Shown: positions 45,262 through 55,389 of the stretch, piece by piece
How the letters are laid out: each line of letters starts with the position of its first letter
How positions within the stretch are numbered: the stretch's first letter is position 1
Source of the DNA: an uncultured virus (IMG/VR IMGVR_UViG_3300002835_000125)
Taxonomy: Duplodnaviria; Heunggongvirae; Uroviricota; Caudoviricetes
Reading direction: 5' to 3' (one strand)
IMG/VR virus record: IMGVR_UViG_3300002835_000125
DNA: 64,000 nt
Position numbers and translations under genes: made by a program
Notes under the pieces: model-generated
The model's input: the letters and a program-made list of their open reading frames with translations, nothing else
What the model was told of the DNA's origin: nothing
Databases searched by the model: none

Positions 45262-47049
45262 ATGACAAGAATACAAATAGAAGGAATGAACTCTGTATAT
45301 GAAGAACCAAAGATTTCTTCTACTATAAAAGAAAATCCCTACGCTGCAAATACGGAATTAGAAGGAAAGGGTAAAGGAAGAAAAGGTGAAGTTGTACTTC
45401 GTCCTGATGGTGTTGCTTTACATGATGTTGTAGGTAAGAGACACTATGCAGGTGGAGTAGAAACATGGCTTCCTGAAGGTTCTTTCGTATTCTCTGATTT
45501 TAAAGATTTGGCTTTCACTCAAAGAGACCATAAACTCTTCGAACTTAAAGAAGGTGGAACATATAGAAAAGGTGATAATACACCTGCTGAAGTGTTACGT
45601 AGAAATATAGATGTAAAACACTATAACAAAATGTCTAACACCTTAGAAGAAAAACATAAAGATGGTATATCAAAAAATACAGCAGCATTAATGCTTGAAA
45701 AGTATCAAGAAAAACTTGGGCAAATAGCTTTACTTCAAGAGAGTAAGAAAGGATTTCCAGAAGGAGAACCTGCATTCTCACAAGGTACAGCACCTGTATA
45801 TGAAGGAGATTTAAAAGAAGATATTATGGAACAGAAACAATATATGAGAAGTGGTGGACAAGTTCTTCCTAAATATCAAGGTGGAGCAACTGTTCCTACA
45901 TGGGGATATCAAAAACCAACTTCAAATGAAAAAAGATTAGAAGGTATTAATGGAAATTATATACAAGGATTTCATGGAGAGAAAGTATGGGTTCCTTTTA
46001 ATAAAACATCTGTTCCACAACAAACTCAAACAAGTTCAAATCAAACTACAGTTAATACTCAAAGACCATTAAGTGGAGCAGCTCAAGATGAAGTAACAGG
46101 ATTTGGAAGTAATCCACAATCTCCTACTAACCCTTATAAAGTTGAAACTCCTTCTTGGTGGCCGAAAGAGTCTTCTTCAAATTGTCCACCTAATCATTAT
46201 TGGAATAGTGTAACAGGAAAATGCACACCAAATTCTGTAAAAAAAGAAGAACAAATAATTCCTTCAAAAGTGGAAGAAGGAATAAGTTCCCCTATAGAAA
46301 TGCCTTGGCAATTCACACCTTGGCAGAAATATTCTATGGGACTTGGATTTAAGAACTATGCAGGAATAAATAGACTTATGCCTATGCGTAGTCAAATAAA
46401 TTCTCCCTTAGTAGAACTTGAACGTATGGTAGAACCAAGTTATCTTGGAGAACTTGCAGCAGGATTTAGAGGAAATCAAGTAATGAATCCATATTTAGCA
46501 GGAGTTAATAATGCTCAAATGTATGGACAAATGTTAAATGCTGATAGACAATCAAATGCTCAAAATATAAATCAAAATGTTCAAATAGGTAATCAACAAA
46601 ACCTTATAAATAATCAAATTCAAAGACAAGATTTACAAACAAATATAGGAGCAGACCAACAATATTATAATCAAGTACAACAATCTAAAGGAAACTTTGA
46701 TAACATGCGTTCAACTGTAAGAGAACAAAATAGAGCAGAACTTATGGGTAATGTTCAAGGAAATGAACAATTAGCTATGGCTATGGCAAGACTCGGTAAA
46801 GATAGACCATTCGATTACAATTTCAAAACAGGTCAAATATACCATACTGGAAGAGGAGATATAATGAGCGCAAATACCCAAACTGGACAAGATACAGTTG
46901 AAGTGATAGCAGAATCATTAATTAAAAAAGGAATGGCTATAGATAAAGCATATCAAACTGCAATAGGAATTGCTAAAATAAAAAGCTTTAATTCTATTAT
47001 TCCTCAATTTAAGCAAAAAACGGGTGGCTATAATCCCTATAGAAAATAA
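45262..47049 (+). CDS. putative cargo / ejection protein
   Basis: ELEG..GEVV, GKRHYAGGV, FVFSD motifs; Q/N-rich C-terminus. Confidence 0.7.
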   Translation: MTRIQIEGMNSVYEEPKISSTIKENPYAANTELEGKGKGRKGEVVLRPDGVALHDVVGKRHYAGGVETWLPEGSFVFSDFKDLAFTQRDHKLFELKEGGTYRKGDNTPAEVLRRNIDVKHYNKMSNTLEEKHKDGISKNTAALMLEKYQEKLGQIALLQESKKGFPEGEPAFSQGTAPVYEGDLKEDIMEQKQYMRSGGQVLPKYQGGATVPTWGYQKPTSNEKRLEGINGNYIQGFHGEKVWVPFNKTSVPQQTQTSSNQTTVNTQRPLSGAAQDEVTGFGSNPQSPTNPYKVETPSWWPKESSSNCPPNHYWNSVTGKCTPNSVKKEEQIIPSKVEEGISSPIEMPWQFTPWQKYSMGLGFKNYAGINRLMPMRSQINSPLVELERMVEPSYLGELAAGFRGNQVMNPYLAGVNNAQMYGQMLNADRQSNAQNINQNVQIGNQQNLINNQIQRQDLQTNIGADQQYYNQVQQSKGNFDNMRSTVREQNRAELMGNVQGNEQLAMAMARLGKDRPFDYNFKTGQIYHTGRGDIMSANTQTGQDTVEVIAESLIKKGMAIDKAYQTAIGIAKIKSFNSIIPQFKQKTGGYNPYRK

Positions 47050-47098
47050 TTTTAAAAATTATTACAAAAACAATTAACATTAAATTAAATTTGCAAGA

Positions 47099-49888
47099 AT
47101 GACTGCATCATATTTACAGAATAACGACTATACAGCAATACAAATGAGGAGACCATATGTTCTCCAAAATAATGATGTTGCTCAAACTGTAGCAACAATG
47201 AAGGGTGCTTGGGATGATGGTGCAAGAAGAGTAAAAGCTCAATATGAAAATGTTGCAGGATTACAATTAATAACAGATGAAAATAAAAAGGTGACATCTG
47301 AATTTTTAAAGTCTTCAAGAGAGCAATTAAAAAAATTATCAACTCAAGATTTAGGAGATAGAAGTGTTCAAAATAATGGTATATCTATGATAAATCAATT
47401 TTTTGACCCTAATAATGGAAACTATCAAAATGTATTACAAGAATCAAATGTAGTAGGAATTTTAAATTCAGAAGATAGTAAAGCGGAGTCTTTTAGAACA
47501 AAGGATAATGGAATTGGATATAATATAAAATCTCATGAAAATATAAAATATCAAAAGTCAATATTATCAAAATTAAATAATAGTACAGCTTGGAAATCCG
47601 TAGCAAATGAGCTACAGTCTTATGTCCCTTATACGGATATTTCAAAAGAAATGATTCAAATAAAAAAAGCTGTAACAGAAAGAATAAAACAAGAATCATC
47701 TTTAGAAGGAGGAGATTGGTATATAAAAACTATAACAAGAGAAGGTATACCAGAACATGTCTTAAAAAATGCAATAGAAGAAATGGGTTCTCCAGCTTTA
47801 AAAGCTCAATTAAGAGAAGAAGGAAGAAATACATTCTATAAAAAATTACTTTCTGACCATAATTCAGTTGATAATTATTATAGTCAATTAGGTAACTCTT
47901 TTTTTGACCAACAAGTTTCTGATATATCTGTTCAAAAAGCATTAGCTGAAAGAGAATTAGCACTACTAGATAAAACAGACCCCAATTATAAAAATGCTTC
48001 CGATTACTACAATCAAACAATAAGTACAATAGACCAAACTAAAACAAATGTAGAACTGCAAAGAGAAAAATATTTATCTACTCTTTCTGGACTTGGAAAT
48101 ATACAGAATGTATCATTATCCTTACAAAAATTGGACTTATTAAATGAACAAATGGGTATAAATTCATTAGCTAAAAACTTAGCATATGAAAATATAACAC
48201 AGAATGAATTAAGTTCCAATCCTGCTAAGATAGCATTTGAAAACATGCAACAAGCAAGAATGAGACTTCAATTTGATATGACAAAGTTTGATGAAGAAAA
48301 AGAACAATTTAGAATGAAGTATGAGCAAGAAGAAAGAAAAATAGCTGCTGAAAATGAAACAGGTACTTCTGAAATGGGTTCTATATTTGGAGGAGGTGTT
48401 TATAACCAACCTGTTGCTTCTACTATGACTCCTAATGACTTGGAAAAAATAGGAAAGGAAGCAATAGATGGAGCATTCTCAAATCTTAATAATGATGCAG
48501 AATTAACAGCATCTTTCTTAACTTCTGTATTAGGAGATAATGGTTCATTCTATTCAATACTTCAAAATAATGTAAAGAATCAAGTTCCAATAAAAGAGTT
48601 ATCTGGAGTTGAAGCAATGGGAATAACAGATAAACTGTCTGAATTTGTAAAACATTATGTAGCAGACCAAGATTTAAAATTTGGAGTTTTAAATATTCCA
48701 AAAGGAACTGATAAAGAAAGAATAAAGGTGTTATTATCAAACTTTACACCTTCTCAAATAAATCAATTTCTACCACAAGTATTAGGAGCAAATAGAAATT
48801 ATGTAACAAAGGCTGTAAAATCTTTTGCTGGAGAAGCAGCATCTGTAGAATTTCGTTCTATATTAGATGATGCTGATATGAAAAGAGAAAACTTTAATAC
48901 TACACTTCTTCCAGAATTAAAAAGAAATCTTGGAGCATATGGAAAATATATAGATGGATATTCAGAAAAGGATATAAGAAATGCTTGGGAAAAAATGCCT
49001 GAAAGTGAAAAGGTTGTATATGAAAAATCAGAAGTTTCTTCTAGCGGTACTGGTAATTTTTGGAATAGAGAAGAATCAAATGTTAAAAGTATTCAAATAA
49101 CAAAAGAAGAATATGAAAAAAATAAAGATAATGTTAAATTTGGAATAGGTTCAACTATACTATATTCAGCAAGAGTTATAAATTTTAATAATTTTAAAGA
49201 TGTTGTATCACCTATAATAAATAGAACCATTGGAGAAAAGGTAGTAAATAATTATGGAAAGCAACAAACAATAACATATACTGGAAAGCAAATAACCAAT
49301 AATCAACATACTAGAGACTTTGAAGAGTTAAAAACTCAATTGAAAATAGCAGGAGATGAAAATGGAGATATAAGAGAAATATTAGAAAAAGTTGGTTCAA
49401 TGGATATGTATAGAGGTTTTAATATTAAGAGTACAAATGTAAATAGTAAAACTGCTACAATAGATATAATTATTGAAGATAAACAAGAAAATTTAAAACC
49501 AAATGAAAAAGCTAAATTAAAAAATATACCAATAGCATCAGCTTCACTATCCCCTAAATGGAATACATCAGGAAGTAGTTTAGATACTAAAAAGACATAC
49601 GGTTCAATATTAGCAGGTTCTACATCAATTTCTAAAACTATAAATAATAAAGACTTTGCTTATATTAAAGTGATGAATAATGCTACAACAGCAGATATAC
49701 AACCTTTAATTACTACTAATATACCTTTCATAAAAATAGCTGACCAAGTAGTGCAGGTAAAGGATTTATTAGAAAATGTAGCTACTAAGTATGGATTTTC
49801 ATCATTTTCAGATATGTTAATAAAAGACCCTACTAAAGCACAAAGAGAAATAAGTGTAATAATGAATTACTACGAAAACAAAAATTAA
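47099..49888 (+). CDS. large virion cargo protein
   Basis: 929 aa; TAAATTTG at 47086-47093 upstream; first of three large genes ending in the vRNAP. Confidence 0.7.
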   Translation: MTASYLQNNDYTAIQMRRPYVLQNNDVAQTVATMKGAWDDGARRVKAQYENVAGLQLITDENKKVTSEFLKSSREQLKKLSTQDLGDRSVQNNGISMINQFFDPNNGNYQNVLQESNVVGILNSEDSKAESFRTKDNGIGYNIKSHENIKYQKSILSKLNNSTAWKSVANELQSYVPYTDISKEMIQIKKAVTERIKQESSLEGGDWYIKTITREGIPEHVLKNAIEEMGSPALKAQLREEGRNTFYKKLLSDHNSVDNYYSQLGNSFFDQQVSDISVQKALAERELALLDKTDPNYKNASDYYNQTISTIDQTKTNVELQREKYLSTLSGLGNIQNVSLSLQKLDLLNEQMGINSLAKNLAYENITQNELSSNPAKIAFENMQQARMRLQFDMTKFDEEKEQFRMKYEQEERKIAAENETGTSEMGSIFGGGVYNQPVASTMTPNDLEKIGKEAIDGAFSNLNNDAELTASFLTSVLGDNGSFYSILQNNVKNQVPIKELSGVEAMGITDKLSEFVKHYVADQDLKFGVLNIPKGTDKERIKVLLSNFTPSQINQFLPQVLGANRNYVTKAVKSFAGEAASVEFRSILDDADMKRENFNTTLLPELKRNLGAYGKYIDGYSEKDIRNAWEKMPESEKVVYEKSEVSSSGTGNFWNREESNVKSIQITKEEYEKNKDNVKFGIGSTILYSARVINFNNFKDVVSPIINRTIGEKVVNNYGKQQTITYTGKQITNNQHTRDFEELKTQLKIAGDENGDIREILEKVGSMDMYRGFNIKSTNVNSKTATIDIIIEDKQENLKPNEKAKLKNIPIASASLSPKWNTSGSSLDTKKTYGSILAGSTSISKTINNKDFAYIKVMNNATTADIQPLITTNIPFIKIADQVVQVKDLLENVATKYGFSSFSDMLIKDPTKAQREISVIMNYYENKN

Positions 49889-52800
49889 TGCCAGATTTAA
49901 TTAATCCTATATTTATACAGAATGAATTACCAAATCTTTCTTCAGGAGAACTTCCTTCTCTTGGAGAACTTTTTGTTCCTGAATTTAAATCAAATCAAAC
50001 ACCAGATAATTCAGCTTTTATAAAATCATTAAAGGATGATTTTTTATTTGACCCAAATTATAAAAAACCAGATAGTCTTGTTTTTGATTCTTTCTATGAG
50101 AAAGATGCATTAAGATATAAACAAAATGAAAGACTTTGGAAAGAAGTGGGATGGAATAAATACTTCCCTCAAGAAATTAATGATGCTATATATGATAATT
50201 TAGAAACAAAATGGGAATCTGTTTCTAATGTATTCCCTAAACTTTGGTATAATAGTAAATTTGCTTTTAAGAACTATTTTCAAAGCTATGCCGATGAAGT
50301 AGAAGCTTTAGCAACACTAAATAGTAATGCTTTAGCAGACCCTGAAAGATTTAAAGAAAATTTTGAAAAGAATAAATACTTAGAAGAACTATACCCAAAC
50401 TATCAGAGCGATGTACCAACTAATGCATTTAATATTTTTAGAGGGGAATGGTGGGAAGAGATGACTCCTTCTGTTGGTTTTACATTAGGTACTATGGCAG
50501 CAGCAATAGGAGAGAGTGCTGCATTAGCTGCTATTACTGCTGAAGTAGGAGGAATAGGTGCTATTGCAAAAGCTCCGCATACATTAAGAAAAACATATAA
50601 GGCAATATCTAATTACTTCTCTTATAAAAAAGCTTGGAATGCTTTAAAAGCTATAAAAGGAGCAGATGCTGTTGGTAAAGCTAAGAATATAGGAAGTGCT
50701 GCTATCCATACATGGAGGCTTGCAAATACAGGGTTATCAGAAGCTATGATGGAAGGTGGTAACAATAAATACGACTTTTTAGAAACTTACGTTAATGATT
50801 TTGTTACAAAGAATGGGTATATGCCATCAGATGAACAAATGAAAGAAGCGACTAAAACTGCTAACTCAATTGCAAAATCTACAATTGCTTTTCAAGCTCC
50901 ATTCTTAATATTATCAAATGCTGTTATGCTTAAAAACATATTAGGTCCAGCAACATTTGAAAAATTATTCGAAAAAAATATGATTAATCAAGGAATTCGT
51001 GCTGCTCAAAAAGCAATGGGATTTCCTGTAAGAGAATTAACATTAGGTGTAGAAAAAGGATTAGCAAAGGTATTCGAACCAGCAAAGGAAAATCTTTTTA
51101 AAAGAATGATAAGAAGAGCTAGCGGCTCACTTTTAGAAGGATTTGAAGAATCATATCAAGGGCTTGTAAATACTGCTACAACAGATTATTATACAAATAA
51201 GTTCTTAAACTCTGGAGAAGAATCTATTCTATCATCAGTTGGACAAGGTATTGATTATGCATTCTCAAATGAAGGTTTAAAAGAATTCATGGCAGGATTT
51301 GTAACAGGTGGAATATTTCAACATATTAAAACACCATTAGGATATGTTGTCCCAAAACCTAAACCAACAGAAAAAGAAGTTGAAAAAATTAAGATAAAAG
51401 AAGATGGAACCGAAGAAAAAATAAAAGAGAAAGTTTCTGATTATGATTTTAAATGGTATCATAAATATCTTGGTTTTCACATGGATAAAATCAGTGATGA
51501 AAAGAAAAAGGAACAGCTACAAAAAATAGCTAAATCACTAAATTTAGTAGGACTTGATAAAATATTTAACCAAGAAGGAATTTTAAACTATTTAAAATCA
51601 AAAGATACATCTTTCGGCATAGCGGCCTTTCTTGAAAAAGGTGACATATTTAATGCTGAAAACTTACAAAATCTTGAATTAAATAGATATTTGTTTAGCG
51701 GATTAGCTACAGGAAAACTTGATTTACAAGTTGACAAAATAAAACAATTATCAGAAGGAGATTTTGAAGGAGTAAAACAAATACTTGAACTTAATGATGC
51801 TGATTTTACTACAGAAGAAGATAAGTCAAATTTCATGGCTAACTTAAAAACATTTGGTAATCTTATAGAATCCAAATCTAAAGAGATGGAAGCTATATAT
51901 GAAGAACAAATGTCTTTCTATAATAAAGAAATGTATGATGCTCAAACATTATACAAAAAAGCTGTAAATGATTATAATATAGGAATTACAGCTTTAAAAG
52001 CAAAGTATGGAGAAAATTTAGATGCTGGACTAAAAGAAGTGGAAACTAATATAATGCTTGAACTTCAAGACTTATATGAACAAGCTAAAGAGATTGATGA
52101 ACAAATTAAAAATCTAAGATTTGATAGAGGGTTTGATGAATTATCAGATAAAGAAAAAATACAAGATAGTAAATTAAGATATGAACTATCACAAGTTTCT
52201 AATAAAACAAAAGAAGTATTAGATAGAAAAGAAGGGATTGATAAAGAAATAACAAATATTAATAACTTATCAAGTGAAGTTTTAAGTAGAAAAATCAATT
52301 ACTTAGCGTATAATGATGTATTTCAACAGAGTGTACTTGCTCAGATTGGAATGGGAGATGCTGCTAAGAAAGCAAGAAGAATAATTTCTAAATTGAATAG
52401 TATTGATAATTCAATAAACTATTTAATATTAGAAGAGTTGTTCACAATACCAACAAGAGAAGGTATTATAAAAGCAATTGATAAAAAGATAAAGGAAGTA
52501 GAAAAGAGAATAGAATTAAATGAAAGAATTACTAATGATGAAGAGCCTTTATTTATTTCTTTAGAAGAACAAATAGTATGGTTAAAGTCTCAAAAAGAAA
52601 CTCTTGAAAAATTAAAAGAAGAATTAGAAAAACAATTTTCTAAAGAAGTAGTAAAAGATATTGATAAAACGGTAGACTTAATAGCTGATTATTTATTTGC
52701 TGCATCTGACCCTAGAAAATTATATAGAGGAAAGGGTAATAGAATAAATAAAGAAGTGTTAAAAGAATATGTAAAAGCGCAACTTCAAAATCAAGAAAAT

Positions 52801-55389
52801 TTAAATTTGTTAAATACATTAGCAAATTATAATAATTTTGAAACAAGAGTGGATTATTTAAGTCAAAGTCTTGCTGATTTTCTTGGCGATATTGCTGATA
52901 AAGTGGAAATGGAAATGGATAAAAAGAGTGTAGATGCAAGTGAAGTTCAAACACCTGTAGTTCTTCCACCAGAAGACAAAAAAGACCCACCAGAAAAGAA
53001 ACCACCTATAAAAACAGAAGAAGATAAAGATAAAAAGATTGAAGAATTAAGAAAAGAGTTAGCTCAGGTTCTTTCTGATATTAAACAAAACGAAATAGTA
53101 AATCAAATAAATGAAATAGTAAATAGTATAGAAAGTGATGAATCTTTATCAGAAGAAGAAAAGGATGATAATATAAGTGATTTAGAATCAAAACTTCAGG
53201 AAGCATTAAAACAAATAGATGATTCAGTACAAAATTTAGATATAACACAACTTACTAATTTATATACAGAATATAATGATTTATTTTCTGGAACAGAACA
53301 ATATAAAGAAGAGCTTGAAAAAGCTGCTGCTATATTAAAACAAATAGAAGAGTTAACAAAAGCTCCTGTAGGAGATACATTAGGATTTGATTCACTTGGA
53401 AGTATAGGTAATCAAGGTTTTCTAATAATGGAAAAAGAATTACTAACAAATGGTAAATTCACTATAAATAATGTTTCAAAAGCTACACCTGAACAAAGAA
53501 CAAAAATATCCGAAAATATAAAATTATTCCAAGATAAATATCCAGATAAACCTTTGCAGATAACAGAAGATACTGAAACTATATCTATTCAAGTAAAGAA
53601 GATAGAACCAGAAATTACAGATGAAATAGAGAAACTTGTAATTACAGATGAAAATTATAATAATTGGAGCAATGTAAGAGATAAATCTGATTATGATGCT
53701 TTTGTAGACCAAGTTCGTTCTACATTAAAAATGTTTGAGCAAATTCCTGACCCATCTTTAATAACAGAACAATCTGTAAGAGAAATGTTATCAGGGATTA
53801 AAGCTTTTAATAACATTGAAATATTAGATAAAGTAGTACCATTAATTGTAAAAAAATATTATAAAGAACCAGAAAAAGAAATTTCTCCAGAAATACAAGC
53901 TGCTGTAAAAGAAGCTTTTGATATAGCTAAAGTTGCCCAAGAAGAAGGAATAACATATGAAGAAGAATTAAAGAAAAGAGAAATATTTCAGAATGATAAT
54001 AAGATTGATGAGATAGTAGATGACGCTAAAATGACAGGAAGAGTAGCTTTACCATCTGCAAAACCAAAAGAAATAAAGAACTCTAAAAGGTTAGATACAG
54101 ATAAACCTTATCAGAGAGCAATGTTTTATTTTAAACAAAAACTTTCTGATGGAGAATATGGTAGAGATTACTTTAAACTTGTTTTATATACAGAAAAGGG
54201 ACAATTAAAAGGAAAGGTTGTTAATAAAAAGGGTGATATATTAACCTTTAATGAAAATGGAGAAATTGATGGTTCTGGTGTAGAGTTGATATTTATGTTT
54301 GATACTATTTCATATAATGAAAAGAGTTTAAACTTACCAAGAGCAGTTGCAGCAGGAGCCAAAATAGACCCATTAAAATTAGCAGGACAAGGGTTTACGT
54401 TACATCCTTCTTATACAGGATTATCAAATGTAGACCAAAGACTTATTTCATTTGTTGAAAACTCTACCACTCCAGTTTTAGCAAGTATAGAAATGATAAC
54501 TCAAGGACAACTTCCAAGACCGGGAGTTGATAATGACCCTATGAGCACTACTGCTAAAGATGGAAAAAGGGTTACATTATTAGAATTAGAAAAAGATGGT
54601 TTATTTGAAGGTGTTATTGAAATTCCAAAACAAAATACGTCTATAAGAAATACATTTATTAAATCTGGTAGACCAAATGTAAGATTAAAAAGAGATAAGA
54701 ACTCTGATAAAGGAACTGAAAGAGTAGAAGTGAAAGCTACTAAATTAAAGGATTTAAATGGTTTTGAACAAGTTAAAGATGCTAAAAAGATAATAAAGGA
54801 TATTCTATCCAAAGCTTTAAAGGGTACTCTTCCATTAGAATATAAAGAGTTTCTTTTAATGATAATTAATAGAAGAAAGTACACTATAATTCCTTTAGCC
54901 AATACATTATTATTAGTAGATGGTAAAAAGTTTTCAGAATATTATAAAGATGTGGCAACTGCTCAGGATATTCTAACTGCTGAAGAAATAGAAGAAGCTC
55001 TTTATAACTTAACTTCTATAGATGAACTATTAGAATCAGATTTAAATATTGATAGCTTAATAGAAGATGAAACATTTGATTGGGAAAATCATGCATCAAA
55101 CTTTCCTAAAGAAGTGGCTTCACTCATAGAAAATTATCCTATCTTTGTAAAGAGTAATTTAACAACTTCTGTAACATCTGTTAAAATAGGAGATAAAATA
55201 GAAGGTGTGAATAGAGTGAATAAAAGAATAATAATAACTATGGACAAATCTTTTTCAGAATTAAATAATGAATTTATAAAACAAGAACCTGTATCTAAAC
55301 CAGATATATCAGGTTCAGAATGGAATGATATAAATCTGACAAGTGAAGAAGAAAATAATATAATAGACAACTTAAATATTGAATGTTAA
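49888..55389 (+). CDS. giant virion cargo protein (1833 aa)
   Basis: G/A-rich hydrophobic segments, EGFEESYQ motif, long coiled coils; TAATG coupled at both ends. Confidence 0.75.
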   Translation: MPDLINPIFIQNELPNLSSGELPSLGELFVPEFKSNQTPDNSAFIKSLKDDFLFDPNYKKPDSLVFDSFYEKDALRYKQNERLWKEVGWNKYFPQEINDAIYDNLETKWESVSNVFPKLWYNSKFAFKNYFQSYADEVEALATLNSNALADPERFKENFEKNKYLEELYPNYQSDVPTNAFNIFRGEWWEEMTPSVGFTLGTMAAAIGESAALAAITAEVGGIGAIAKAPHTLRKTYKAISNYFSYKKAWNALKAIKGADAVGKAKNIGSAAIHTWRLANTGLSEAMMEGGNNKYDFLETYVNDFVTKNGYMPSDEQMKEATKTANSIAKSTIAFQAPFLILSNAVMLKNILGPATFEKLFEKNMINQGIRAAQKAMGFPVRELTLGVEKGLAKVFEPAKENLFKRMIRRASGSLLEGFEESYQGLVNTATTDYYTNKFLNSGEESILSSVGQGIDYAFSNEGLKEFMAGFVTGGIFQHIKTPLGYVVPKPKPTEKEVEKIKIKEDGTEEKIKEKVSDYDFKWYHKYLGFHMDKISDEKKKEQLQKIAKSLNLVGLDKIFNQEGILNYLKSKDTSFGIAAFLEKGDIFNAENLQNLELNRYLFSGLATGKLDLQVDKIKQLSEGDFEGVKQILELNDADFTTEEDKSNFMANLKTFGNLIESKSKEMEAIYEEQMSFYNKEMYDAQTLYKKAVNDYNIGITALKAKYGENLDAGLKEVETNIMLELQDLYEQAKEIDEQIKNLRFDRGFDELSDKEKIQDSKLRYELSQVSNKTKEVLDRKEGIDKEITNINNLSSEVLSRKINYLAYNDVFQQSVLAQIGMGDAAKKARRIISKLNSIDNSINYLILEELFTIPTREGIIKAIDKKIKEVEKRIELNERITNDEEPLFISLEEQIVWLKSQKETLEKLKEELEKQFSKEVVKDIDKTVDLIADYLFAASDPRKLYRGKGNRINKEVLKEYVKAQLQNQENLNLLNTLANYNNFETRVDYLSQSLADFLGDIADKVEMEMDKKSVDASEVQTPVVLPPEDKKDPPEKKPPIKTEEDKDKKIEELRKELAQVLSDIKQNEIVNQINEIVNSIESDESLSEEEKDDNISDLESKLQEALKQIDDSVQNLDITQLTNLYTEYNDLFSGTEQYKEELEKAAAILKQIEELTKAPVGDTLGFDSLGSIGNQGFLIMEKELLTNGKFTINNVSKATPEQRTKISENIKLFQDKYPDKPLQITEDTETISIQVKKIEPEITDEIEKLVITDENYNNWSNVRDKSDYDAFVDQVRSTLKMFEQIPDPSLITEQSVREMLSGIKAFNNIEILDKVVPLIVKKYYKEPEKEISPEIQAAVKEAFDIAKVAQEEGITYEEELKKREIFQNDNKIDEIVDDAKMTGRVALPSAKPKEIKNSKRLDTDKPYQRAMFYFKQKLSDGEYGRDYFKLVLYTEKGQLKGKVVNKKGDILTFNENGEIDGSGVELIFMFDTISYNEKSLNLPRAVAAGAKIDPLKLAGQGFTLHPSYTGLSNVDQRLISFVENSTTPVLASIEMITQGQLPRPGVDNDPMSTTAKDGKRVTLLELEKDGLFEGVIEIPKQNTSIRNTFIKSGRPNVRLKRDKNSDKGTERVEVKATKLKDLNGFEQVKDAKKIIKDILSKALKGTLPLEYKEFLLMIINRRKYTIIPLANTLLLVDGKKFSEYYKDVATAQDILTAEEIEEALYNLTSIDELLESDLNIDSLIEDETFDWENHASNFPKEVASLIENYPIFVKSNLTTSVTSVKIGDKIEGVNRVNKRIIITMDKSFSELNNEFIKQEPVSKPDISGSEWNDINLTSEEENNIIDNLNIEC

